From a virus (Duplodnaviria; Caudoviricetes): DNA of 29,290 bases. The stretch spans positions 1 through 29,290 of IMG/VR virus record IMGVR_UViG_3300038393_000553. One strand, 5' to 3'. Each line of letters starts with the position of its first letter. Position 1 is the first letter of the stretch. The position numbers and the translations under genes were made by a program. This document shows, one piece after another, positions 17,140-23,998 of the stretch. The notes below the pieces were generated by a model. That model was not told the DNA's origin. It saw only the letters and a list, made by a program, of their open reading frames with translations, and did not search any database.

Positions 17140-17174
17140 GCGAAATCTCCTGTAAATCCTTCTTGTATCACGCG

Positions 17175-17216
17175 AAGATACCACATTTTTATATCATGCG
17201 CAATTGTATTGTGCAA
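17175..17216 (-). promoter_or_regulatory. Tandem putative sigma70 promoters for the tail operon
   Basis: TTGCAC-17-TATAAA (17216-17188) and TTGCGC-17-TATCTT with extended TG (17203-17175), directly after a terminator. Confidence 0.55.
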
Positions 17217-17241
17217 TAAAAAAGCCGCCCTGGGGCGGCTT
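17215..17241 (-). terminator. Rho-independent terminator
   Basis: GCCGCC-4 nt loop-GGCGGC stem followed by TTTTTTATT on the - strand, 20 nt after the stop of the 181-aa ORF. Confidence 0.85.
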
Positions 17242-17260
17242 CATGTGAAGTTGGTTTTAC

Positions 17261-17806
17261 TCACGCAACTGCCTGCCGATCAGTAGCTCTCCTGTTGTAT
17301 TGAATAACCTCACTGGTGCGTGTAGACAGACCTGCGAACGACGTTCCTTCCGGAAACACAAACTGAATCTCGTTATTCCCCAAGTCTCCTTCAATAATCA
17401 CCGCCTCTCGCAGCTTTGGCTCATAGATGGACGGATAGCCATACTCCCACGTAAAACGTAATTGGAGAGCTTCTAGCCCATTCGATTTCTTACCTTCTCC
17501 TTTCTCACGCTTGAGACCGGTCAGAGTCCATCCATCTTCAGACGGTGCAATAAACCCCAGGCGACGATCTTTGTCCCATTTAAGATCAACCTTGTCACCA
17601 GCTTTGAGCTCTGCTTTCTGCGCTGCGATGCTGCCGATACGAATCCTGACAAAATGTACTGGGTCTTTTGACGTAGTAGAAAGTCTTGTCGGGCGTTTTT
17701 TGCTTACATCTATTGCAAAGATTATACCTTCCTCTTTTGCATTTGGGCCTCTAGCCTGAGGAGCTGCTGCTCCCAATTTCCTCAACTCCGCCGCGGATTG
17801 TATCAT
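17261..17806 (-). CDS. Moron-like hypothetical protein, possibly AbrB/swapped-hairpin-like
   Basis: Strong SD AAAGGAGAAAACAC-ATG; flanked by its own promoter and terminator; segment RIRIGSIAAQKAELKAGDKVDLKWD. Confidence 0.65.
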   Translation of the reverse strand: MIQSAAELRKLGAAAPQARGPNAKEEGIIFAIDVSKKRPTRLSTTSKDPVHFVRIRIGSIAAQKAELKAGDKVDLKWDKDRRLGFIAPSEDGWTLTGLKREKGEGKKSNGLEALQLRFTWEYGYPSIYEPKLREAVIIEGDLGNNEIQFVFPEGTSFAGLSTRTSEVIQYNRRATDRQAVA

Positions 17807-17855
17807 GTGTTTTCTCCTTTATAGTAACTCGACACAACGTCGAGACTTGTAAAGA

Positions 17856-17883
17856 AGTTTACACTATCCTAGTTTATTGTCAA
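17856..17883 (-). promoter_or_regulatory. Putative sigma70 promoter with operator-like repeats
   Basis: TTGACA-16-TAAACT in an AT-rich intergenic gap; palindrome TGTAAA-N4-TTTACA at 17848-17863. Confidence 0.5.
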
Positions 17884-17894
17884 TAGGTTTACAT

Positions 17895-18392
17895 TTATTT
17901 CATGAAAACTTCATGTTGTTTCGTTACCCACTCTTGTAATCCTATTAGTTGCTTTGTGTTTGCTGTACAAATTTCAGACTCGATTTCTTTCTGCTCGCTA
18001 ACATCTGAGAGTTTAATTCCACTGGGGGCTTCATCAGCTGGGCTGGCGGGATCGGGAAGCCTGGCTTGGTTTGCACTGTCCCACAGGCTGACAAAACGGT
18101 TAGGAATAACGCACTCAGAATCCATTTTAGATGTGACTTCAACGGGTACCTCCTTCGTGATGTAGTGCCACCGGTCTTTATACACAGTGACTATTTTTCC
18201 TTGCTCAGTAACTGCTTTTGTGTCAGACTCAGATGACACTTTATCTTGCGCAGCATCGATCCGTATTTCTTCTTTTTGTTCTTTGATTGTTTCCAGGCTG
18301 TGGCCGGCCTCGTTCCAGTGGCTGCCTATGTACATGCCTGAGCCCAGACCTATTAGAAGAGCCAGTACAACTACGCCTATGATTGCCTGCAT
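17895..18392 (-). CDS. i-spanin (Rz-like)
   Basis: N-terminal transmembrane helix, coiled-coil periplasmic part with Cys residues, QLIGLQEWV C-terminus; follows the endolysin. Confidence 0.8.
   Translation of the reverse strand: MQAIIGVVVLALLIGLGSGMYIGSHWNEAGHSLETIKEQKEEIRIDAAQDKVSSESDTKAVTEQGKIVTVYKDRWHYITKEVPVEVTSKMDSECVIPNRFVSLWDSANQARLPDPASPADEAPSGIKLSDVSEQKEIESEICTANTKQLIGLQEWVTKQHEVFMK
17945..18142 (-). CDS. o-spanin (Rz1-like lipoprotein) embedded in Rz in another frame; exact start uncertain
   Basis: Signal peptide with lipobox LSAC followed by Pro-rich PGFPIPPAQLMKPP. Confidence 0.8.
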   Translation of the reverse strand: MKSHLKWILSALFLTVLSACGTVQTKPGFPIPPAQLMKPPVELNSQMLASRKKSSLKFVQQTQSN

Positions 18393-18394
18393 TT

Positions 18395-18706
18395 TTACAA
18401 AACCTCCACAACAGCACCTTGTTTGGCTCTTACGTGCCTGCGTCTCTTTAAACCTAAACTATGCAGATAGCGGTAGAACTCCTTGAATTCTTCGTGGGTC
18501 CCGGCTTCTCGGTCTTTTGTAACGAACCCCATCACCTCGTACTTTCCCCATTTAACAATAATCGTTCCGGCACAGTGGTAGTCCCCCGGTATCTTGTTTG
18601 CGTCATTGTGCACTCGGATCACGCCTGTGGCTCTAATCCACCACCAAAACCGGATCGGCCATTGGACTGTAGTGCGCCCATGTCGCCAGTGATACCACTT
18701 GTTCAC
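18395..18706 (-). CDS. Hypothetical protein inside the lysis cassette
   Basis: Fills the gap between endolysin and spanin; the GTG at 18706 overlaps the endolysin TGA (GTGA), while the track starts at 18721; Trp-rich N-terminus. Confidence 0.6.
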   Translation of the reverse strand: MNKWYHWRHGRTTVQWPIRFWWWIRATGVIRVHNDANKIPGDYHCAGTIIVKWGKYEVMGFVTKDREAGTHEEFKEFYRYLHSLGLKRRRHVRAKQGAVVEVL

Positions 18707-19188
18707 GCCATCCCCATGCATTCCAGGTACTGTTTTTCGCGGAGGTTGACCAACCCCTTGGAGACTTTCTTCTTTTTGGTCACAGGGTCGGTAACCTTAT
18801 CGAACAGCTTGATGGCCTCACAGGCGCCGGCATAGTCCCCATCGTTGAGCCTCTTAACCATCGTGGAGTCACAAAAGGCTGCGGGGCCGATGTTCCATGT
18901 GACTCGCGTATAAACGTCATACTCGTGCTGGTACAGGTCGGATTTAACACAGCGATGTACTGCGGCTTCGTACTCGTTCTTCAGTTCTCTGGAGAGCCTA
19001 TCCAGTCCTTGGCGGACAGTAATGGTGTCCCCCATCTTGACACCCTTCGTTAGCCCAGGACCTATCGTGGCCACCCCTACTTCATCCTTGTAGGCTTTGA
19101 GCTTGAAGTCTTCTTGATTGACTATTCCTATGAGGCCAACAGCACTCAGGCTAAGAGCTGCGACAAGCTGTCTGGATGGTTTAATCAT
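18703..19188 (-). CDS. SAR endolysin, GH24 (T4/P21-like) lysozyme
   Basis: Catalytic triad spacing E-x8-D-x5-T (QEDFKLKAYKDEVGVATIG); Ala/Gly/Ser-rich N-terminal hydrophobic SAR segment; WNIGPAAFCDST, GDYAGAC, GLVNLREKQYLEC. Confidence 0.92.
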   Translation of the reverse strand: MIKPSRQLVAALSLSAVGLIGIVNQEDFKLKAYKDEVGVATIGPGLTKGVKMGDTITVRQGLDRLSRELKNEYEAAVHRCVKSDLYQHEYDVYTRVTWNIGPAAFCDSTMVKRLNDGDYAGACEAIKLFDKVTDPVTKKKKVSKGLVNLREKQYLECMGMA

Positions 19189-19478
19189 TTCCGCAGCTCC
19201 TGTATTGCCTTGGCGGCGGCTTCTCCGTGCAGCTTGTAGACCAGCTCTGAGGCGTGCTGTAGCGCGGCGTTGTAATAAGCTTTCGGTCCTTCTGCAGATG
19301 CTTCCAGTTCAGATCGTTTATCCCACGCTGCCCTGACAGCGCGTGTGCTTGCATACTCGTATTCGATAAAACTAATATCTGGAACGCGCTTCAAATTCAG
19401 GTGTTGTTCATGTGCAAACCGTCGCCATTCAGGTTCGTGATACTGGGTCATATGGGTTTCAAACGGTAGGTTTGGCAC
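19185..19478 (-). CDS. Hypothetical protein inside the lysis cassette
   Basis: Overlaps the holin stop and the endolysin start (ATGA); soluble and helical. Confidence 0.55.
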   Translation of the reverse strand: MPNLPFETHMTQYHEPEWRRFAHEQHLNLKRVPDISFIEYEYASTRAVRAAWDKRSELEASAEGPKAYYNAALQHASELVYKLHGEAAAKAIQELRK

Positions 19479-19656
19479 GCATCTTTCGGTACCCGATCAC
19501 CAGCTGCATGGCTGTGTAAATCAAGGTGCCCCACCCGATAAATGCTGGAAGGTTATCGTTGACAAAGTGAAATGCTGATACGCACCACAGTGCGGACATT
19601 TTCACCCAGGTGGGCATTTCTATATCCCGCAATATGTCGCGTATCAAATCGAACAC
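19459..19656 (-). CDS. Putative holin
   Basis: 65 aa with hydrophobic segments (FIGWGTLIYTAMQLVIGY) and a basic C-terminus RKMRAK; upstream of the endolysin. Confidence 0.6.
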   Translation of the reverse strand: MFDLIRDILRDIEMPTWVKMSALWCVSAFHFVNDNLPAFIGWGTLIYTAMQLVIGYRKMRAKPTV

Positions 19657-19664
19657 GAAGCCCC

Positions 19665-19793
19665 CTACGCCAGCAACAACACTACCCCGAGGACAGCGAC
19701 GCCCAGGAGAATCAGTGCTGTGTATTTACTTCCCCGCGCTTTATCTATTAATGAGTCTGCCTTGGCTTCCGCTTTATCGTACGCCTCCATCAT
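19665..19793 (-). CDS. Small C-terminally membrane-anchored protein (not in the ORF track)
   Basis: Manual translation MMEAYDKAEAKADSLIDKARGSKYTALILLGVAVLGVVLLLA; SD GGAGG upstream; alternative in-frame ATG at 19817. Confidence 0.6.
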   Translation of the reverse strand: MMEAYDKAEAKADSLIDKARGSKYTALILLGVAVLGVVLLLA

Positions 19794-19819
19794 CTGCTTC
19801 CTCCGGTAGAGTGTCATGG

Positions 19820-20467
19820 TTAGAACCTATTGTATTGTACTCTTGTTATCGCTCTTGTTTGTCCTGTATTTGCTCTTGCTCTAGCGTTGCCTATCGCCGT
19901 CATAAATCTTGACTTGCAATACTCGGCAATATTTGGATCGTAGTATGTTGCGCCGAAACTGTAGTGTAACCTACTTCTTGCCCCCATGGCAATGTCTTCG
20001 AGATATCTATTGTAAAGTTCATCGTAAACTGTAATTGCATCTGGTGTTGGCATCAACGCAATTCGTCCTGTAAGAGCGTCTGCTGCGTCTTCTGTTGGAT
20101 ACGGAACCAAGGTTACCGTGCCCGGAGTCAACTGCGTGTAGAACGCCGGTTGCCCCTCTACGTCGATCCAGTCCTGGTAGTGGAAGAATGCGTTCAGCTC
20201 CTCCAGGGATTTAGGCACCAACCTTACACCGCTGTAATACAGCTGAACTGGTGTTACCAGCTGGGTGCCGGCTGGTACTATGATTGTGTATTCCGCTTGG
20301 TCAGCCACTCCCGATATCGGAGTCATGTCAATCCTGTGAATGGTCGATACCCGGCAGAACTCTATGGCTGCATTGCGTATGGCATTTAATGCAACAAGCT
20401 CCATCACGTCCGGGCAGTACGGCACCACTTCCCTCAAGAACTGATCAGTACTTACGGTGGCCATCAA
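19820..20467 (-). CDS. Head-tail adaptor / tail tubular A-like protein
   Basis: AIRNAAIEFC...GQPAFYTQ...LVPYP; position after the capsid genes. Confidence 0.6.
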   Translation of the reverse strand: MMATVSTDQFLREVVPYCPDVMELVALNAIRNAAIEFCRVSTIHRIDMTPISGVADQAEYTIIVPAGTQLVTPVQLYYSGVRLVPKSLEELNAFFHYQDWIDVEGQPAFYTQLTPGTVTLVPYPTEDAADALTGRIALMPTPDAITVYDELYNRYLEDIAMGARSRLHYSFGATYYDPNIAEYCKSRFMTAIGNARARANTGQTRAITRVQYNRF

Positions 20468-21123
20468 GCTACTCCAGGGGCTAGAGATTTGTTCGCGTCT
20501 GCTTTTGTCTGTCCTGCATCATCCGCTGCAAGAGCCATGGAGAACATCTGGAAGTGCAGCTGCGCGGATGCCGGGTTACCTGCTTCTGTGTCTTTGCTAA
20601 ATGCCCTGCCTAGAATGTAGTCAAGCAAAGCATTTTCGTAGATATTCGGTACAGCTATCGCGTCGTCAATCGCAATATCTGTCGGAGTTTTGGCGTAGTT
20701 GATCTCCAGGTAGTTTGTTCCTGTGCTGGGCGGGTAGACGTAGAACGCCATGTTGTCTTGAGAGTTAAACAGGTACGCCTGGGTAACCGCGCTGGCTGTT
20801 GATGAGTGCCAATCCCGATCGTAACCATCCAGAATCTCGCGGGATGCAATCCGGACAGACCTGCCTGCGGTCAAGCCGTCTGTACCCATGTTTCGGTATG
20901 CTTCAAAAAAGAGGAACCCGTCTGCAGGTATGGTTTGCCGCGTGCCGGCGACTAGCTGCACCACAGCTACATGGTTTGCAATGGTTGGGTTAGCCTGGGC
21001 TATAAGCCGCTGCCCAGTATTCAGCCAGCCCAGAAGTTCGTCTTGGGTCCATCGTATGTTTGAAGTGTCTATAAGCTGTATCTCAGCTTTATCGACGATC
21101 GCGCTGGCTAGGATGGTTCCCAT
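20464..21123 (-). CDS. Head-tail adaptor-like protein (DUF6682-like)
   Basis: IRWTQDELLGWLNTGQ...FYVYPP...YENALLDYILGRAFSKD...AQLHFQMF. Confidence 0.65.
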   Translation of the reverse strand: MGTILASAIVDKAEIQLIDTSNIRWTQDELLGWLNTGQRLIAQANPTIANHVAVVQLVAGTRQTIPADGFLFFEAYRNMGTDGLTAGRSVRIASREILDGYDRDWHSSTASAVTQAYLFNSQDNMAFYVYPPSTGTNYLEINYAKTPTDIAIDDAIAVPNIYENALLDYILGRAFSKDTEAGNPASAQLHFQMFSMALAADDAGQTKADANKSLAPGVA

Positions 21124-21131
21124 GAATCTTC

Positions 21132-21151
21132 AAGGGCCCCGAAGGGCCCCC
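21132..21151 (-). terminator. GC-rich C(UUCG)G hairpin after the head genes (weak terminator or RNA stabiliser)
   Basis: GGGCCC-TTCG-GGGCCC on the - strand, followed by only TT. Confidence 0.5.
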
Positions 21152-21160
21152 CTATGAGGT

Positions 21161-21607
21161 TTAGCTTACGGTTGCGGAGAACGGAGTGGCTTCGGTGCCA
21201 GACGAGGTGGTCAGTCCGGTGACAGCCCAATACCCCGACTTGAGGTCATAAGCTTCTACCCAGTCACCAATCGAAACACCACCTTTGGTCGTGCCGTTCA
21301 AGGTAATGGTGTCATCCGTAGCACCCGCCGAATACCCGAGAACTGCAGCTGCACCATCCGACAAGGTGACAATCGTACCTTGCATGATGTCGGTCGCATT
21401 CGCGACCTTGACCAGATAGCCAGTCGTGCTAACCGTGCTCACCATGAAGCGAAATCTCGCACCAGAACCGGTAGCCGCCGGCAAGGTAGCAGTGAAGCCG
21501 CCGGATGCTGCCAGGGCGATCGTACGCCCATCATGCTCAGGTCCAACCGTGAGCGCCGCGGTAGCGGAGATCGGGCCTGGGTTTACATTCATACGAAGTC
21601 CTGCCAT
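21161..21607 (-). CDS. Putative capsid decoration / minor capsid protein
   Basis: Strong SD AAGGAG; directly after the major capsid gene; Thr/Ala/Gly-rich, TLPAATGSG...ITLNGTTKGG. Confidence 0.6.
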   Translation of the reverse strand: MAGLRMNVNPGPISATAALTVGPEHDGRTIALAASGGFTATLPAATGSGARFRFMVSTVSTTGYLVKVANATDIMQGTIVTLSDGAAAVLGYSAGATDDTITLNGTTKGGVSIGDWVEAYDLKSGYWAVTGLTTSSGTEATPFSATVS

Positions 21608-21658
21608 GTTTCTACTCCTTAAAAGTTGTAGGCCCCGCCAAAGCAGGGTTTCGTGTAT

Positions 21659-22666
21659 TTAGACGACGACTGCAAGAACCAGGGCTTCGGGCTTCGTGAC
21701 CTTGCGTCCGTATACGTTCAACCCGCGGACCAGCTGGCCGAAATCCGTCGGATTTTGCAGGGTCTCAACCTTAGTAATCTGGCTGGCGAAAGACATGGCT
21801 GATTTGTGGCAGGCCACGATCGCATGCCGTTTGGCCTTGCTGGTTCCCACGCCTACCTGTACACCCGTACCACTCGTCCATGCGCCGCTCGCTGCGCCGT
21901 AAGGAAGCAGGTTGGTTACATACACGGTGAACCGGTCGATCGTGCCGATTTTGCCGTTACGGATCATGGAAGTTGCATCCCCCATGAACTGCGCTTGCGC
22001 CAGGTTGGATTGCATGAGCAACTGACGCTCGTACGGGGTGATAATCAGCGCACGCTCGGATTCGGGAACATTCTGCTCATCCAGTACGCCGGCCATTGCG
22101 GTGAGCGTGGAGAGGATGTTGGCTGCCGTCAGGGTAACCGGAGTGGTGTCTGTGCCGAGGTTGTATGCACCGCTATTGACGCCTGCGGTGGCACCGTAGT
22201 TGCCGGTGGCAGCGTTTACCGTCGCACCAACACCTAGGGCAGTGATCCAGTTGTCCGCATCGATGTTAATCTTGAGCTGGTTGGAAGCGTCATCGGTGAA
22301 CATGCCCATGAGCTTGGGCTTCGCTTGGTACTCCAGAACGTCAGATACGTTGACGCCGAAATACTTGGCCTTGTCAATCTGCAGCTCTATCGTGCTGGGG
22401 GTGGGAACTTCGTAGTTCAGGGACATCCCGATCGTGTAATCGCTGATCGTGATGCTGGGGATGCTGTTGATGATGACCTTGTCACCCATCCCGCTGATTT
22501 CACCTTGCCAATCGGTATTGCACACATCACCGAAAGTCGTGCTGGCGTAGAACTTTACGTTCAGCTTGGCTGACCAAAGGGTGGGAATGAAAGAACCCGA
22601 GTAGGCGGTGCTGGTGTTAAACGGGGCAGTTACGGGAGTAACTACACCGGCTGTTACTGTTGCCAT
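21659..22666 (-). CDS. Major capsid protein (HK97 fold, P22/T7-like podovirus type)
   Basis: FIPTLWSAKL...GEI..MGDKVII...LQIDKAKYF...LDEQNVP...GKIGTIDRFTVY...VRGLNVYGRKV; follows the scaffold gene. Confidence 0.9.
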   Translation of the reverse strand: MATVTAGVVTPVTAPFNTSTAYSGSFIPTLWSAKLNVKFYASTTFGDVCNTDWQGEISGMGDKVIINSIPSITISDYTIGMSLNYEVPTPSTIELQIDKAKYFGVNVSDVLEYQAKPKLMGMFTDDASNQLKINIDADNWITALGVGATVNAATGNYGATAGVNSGAYNLGTDTTPVTLTAANILSTLTAMAGVLDEQNVPESERALIITPYERQLLMQSNLAQAQFMGDATSMIRNGKIGTIDRFTVYVTNLLPYGAASGAWTSGTGVQVGVGTSKAKRHAIVACHKSAMSFASQITKVETLQNPTDFGQLVRGLNVYGRKVTKPEALVLAVVV

Positions 22667-22725
22667 AGTTCAAATCTCCAAGAGTTGTAGCGGGGTTGGG
22701 ATACTTTCCAGCCGCTACACCCGGG

Positions 22726-23646
22726 TCATCGAACTCGGCCTTCGGCCATAGCGGCTTCTAATTCGTCATGTAACTTCCGAGCCTCTTCGCCTTTCACCGC
22801 CCGTTTGTTTATGGAATCCCAGCTGTCGGTGTATTCCTTTAAAGTCCAAACTTTCTTGGTGTCAGGCACTGCTGCTGATTTCTTCTTGCTTGGTGTCACC
22901 TGCTTTTCCAGGGCTTCCCGGGTCGGCTGCGGCTTGGTCTCACGCAGCTCCGGATGGCGCCGTACGAGCTCGTTGTAAATCTCTGCCGTTTCAGCTACAT
23001 CAAAGCTATGTGCTGCTGTGAGCAATGCGTCGTTCCAGGTCTTTCCAGTTCCAGGGATGCGAGAATGCAGAAATGATTGCCCCTTCTCTGTCGTTTCCAA
23101 AGTGCGCCAATCCGATACTTCTGCAGTCAACTTCTCGTAGAATGTATCCGCCGAAAGTGAAGATTGATTCTCAGAAACTTGTCCAAGTGCTTGTTTCAGC
23201 TTGGCATTTTCATCTTCCAGCACATCCAGTTTGGCTTGTACCGTGGCTATCGCTCTCGCAGCCGCCCGTTCTGCGGCCTTCACGATGTCCGAACCGACCA
23301 GCTCTTCGTCCTCTTCAACCTCACGCGACTTCGTCTGCTCCGCAGGTTTCTGCTTGAGTTTCGCAAGCTCGTCCGTTAGTGCCTGGATTTGCGCCTGCGT
23401 ATTGCTTGCCTCTTGCTGAAACTTGGATGCTTGGGAGTTGAACTTGCCCTCAAGGGACTTGTACTTGTGCTCCCAATCAACTGCCGGTGGGGCTGGTGGT
23501 TCTGGAGCTACCTCGACGACTTGGGCCTCGGGTTCCTCGGGTTCCTCGGGTTCCTGAGTATCAGGAGTGTCCGTGTCCGGAGCCATCAGTGCTTCGAGTG
23601 CTTCTGCTTCATCCAGCTGTTTCTGAATCGAGTCCGGCAAAACCAT
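22726..23646 (-). CDS. Capsid scaffolding protein
   Basis: Acidic Pro/Glu N-terminus, WEHKYKSLEGKF coiled coil, C-terminal AMAEGRVR; directly upstream of the major capsid gene. Confidence 0.8.
   Translation of the reverse strand: MVLPDSIQKQLDEAEALEALMAPDTDTPDTQEPEEPEEPEAQVVEVAPEPPAPPAVDWEHKYKSLEGKFNSQASKFQQEASNTQAQIQALTDELAKLKQKPAEQTKSREVEEDEELVGSDIVKAAERAAARAIATVQAKLDVLEDENAKLKQALGQVSENQSSLSADTFYEKLTAEVSDWRTLETTEKGQSFLHSRIPGTGKTWNDALLTAAHSFDVAETAEIYNELVRRHPELRETKPQPTREALEKQVTPSKKKSAAVPDTKKVWTLKEYTDSWDSINKRAVKGEEARKLHDELEAAMAEGRVR
23526..23555. repeat. 9-bp tandem repeat CCTCGGGTT x3 (encodes EPE repeats in the scaffold)
   Basis: Read directly in the sequence. Confidence 0.7.
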
Positions 23647-23739
23647 CTACTTCTCCTTTTGCGTCGGCATTACCCGGTGTGCAATGTTTGTGAATTTGTA
23701 CTGAACGTCGTCTTTACGGTGTGTTCAGATTTGTAGTGT

Positions 23740-23769
23740 ATTATGTATTGTAAACTGCTAAAAAGTCAA
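23740..23769 (-). promoter_or_regulatory. Putative sigma70 promoter for the scaffold/capsid operon
   Basis: TTGACT-18-CATAAT in an AT-rich gap; a CTGAAC...GTTCAG hairpin (23701-23728) lies at the predicted 5' end. Confidence 0.5.
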
Positions 23770-23779
23770 GTATTTTCTT

Positions 23780-23998
23780 CTATTTACCATGTCTTTTTAA
23801 TGTGTTTTGCGATCTCTGTATCTCACCTAACAGTTCTTTAAGCTCCACGGCGCGGCCTTGTGCTCTCAGGAGCGCCTCCCCTGACAAATACATGAGGTCA
23901 CCTTTCGTGTCTTCCAGGCGTCCTGACAGCCAGGTCATTACGTATTCCATGTTCTTTATCTGCAGAAGCTGCCCTGCCACTCTCTCATCTACTTTCAT
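23780..23998 (-). CDS. Small head-module protein (72 aa)
   Basis: ATGA-coupled to the upstream gene; LLRAQGRAVELKELL motif of the kind found in small genes between portal and scaffold. Confidence 0.65.
   Translation of the reverse strand: MKVDERVAGQLLQIKNMEYVMTWLSGRLEDTKGDLMYLSGEALLRAQGRAVELKELLGEIQRSQNTLKRHGK

Noticed and set aside
16938-17216. 92-aa alternative ORF upstream of the tail fibre
   Set aside because: Its TTG start is the predicted -35 box right after a terminator; the other frame has a proper SD.
21608-21700. T7-like frameshift fusing capsid and decoration protein
   Set aside because: No slippery sequence evident at the capsid 3' end, and the next gene has its own strong SD.
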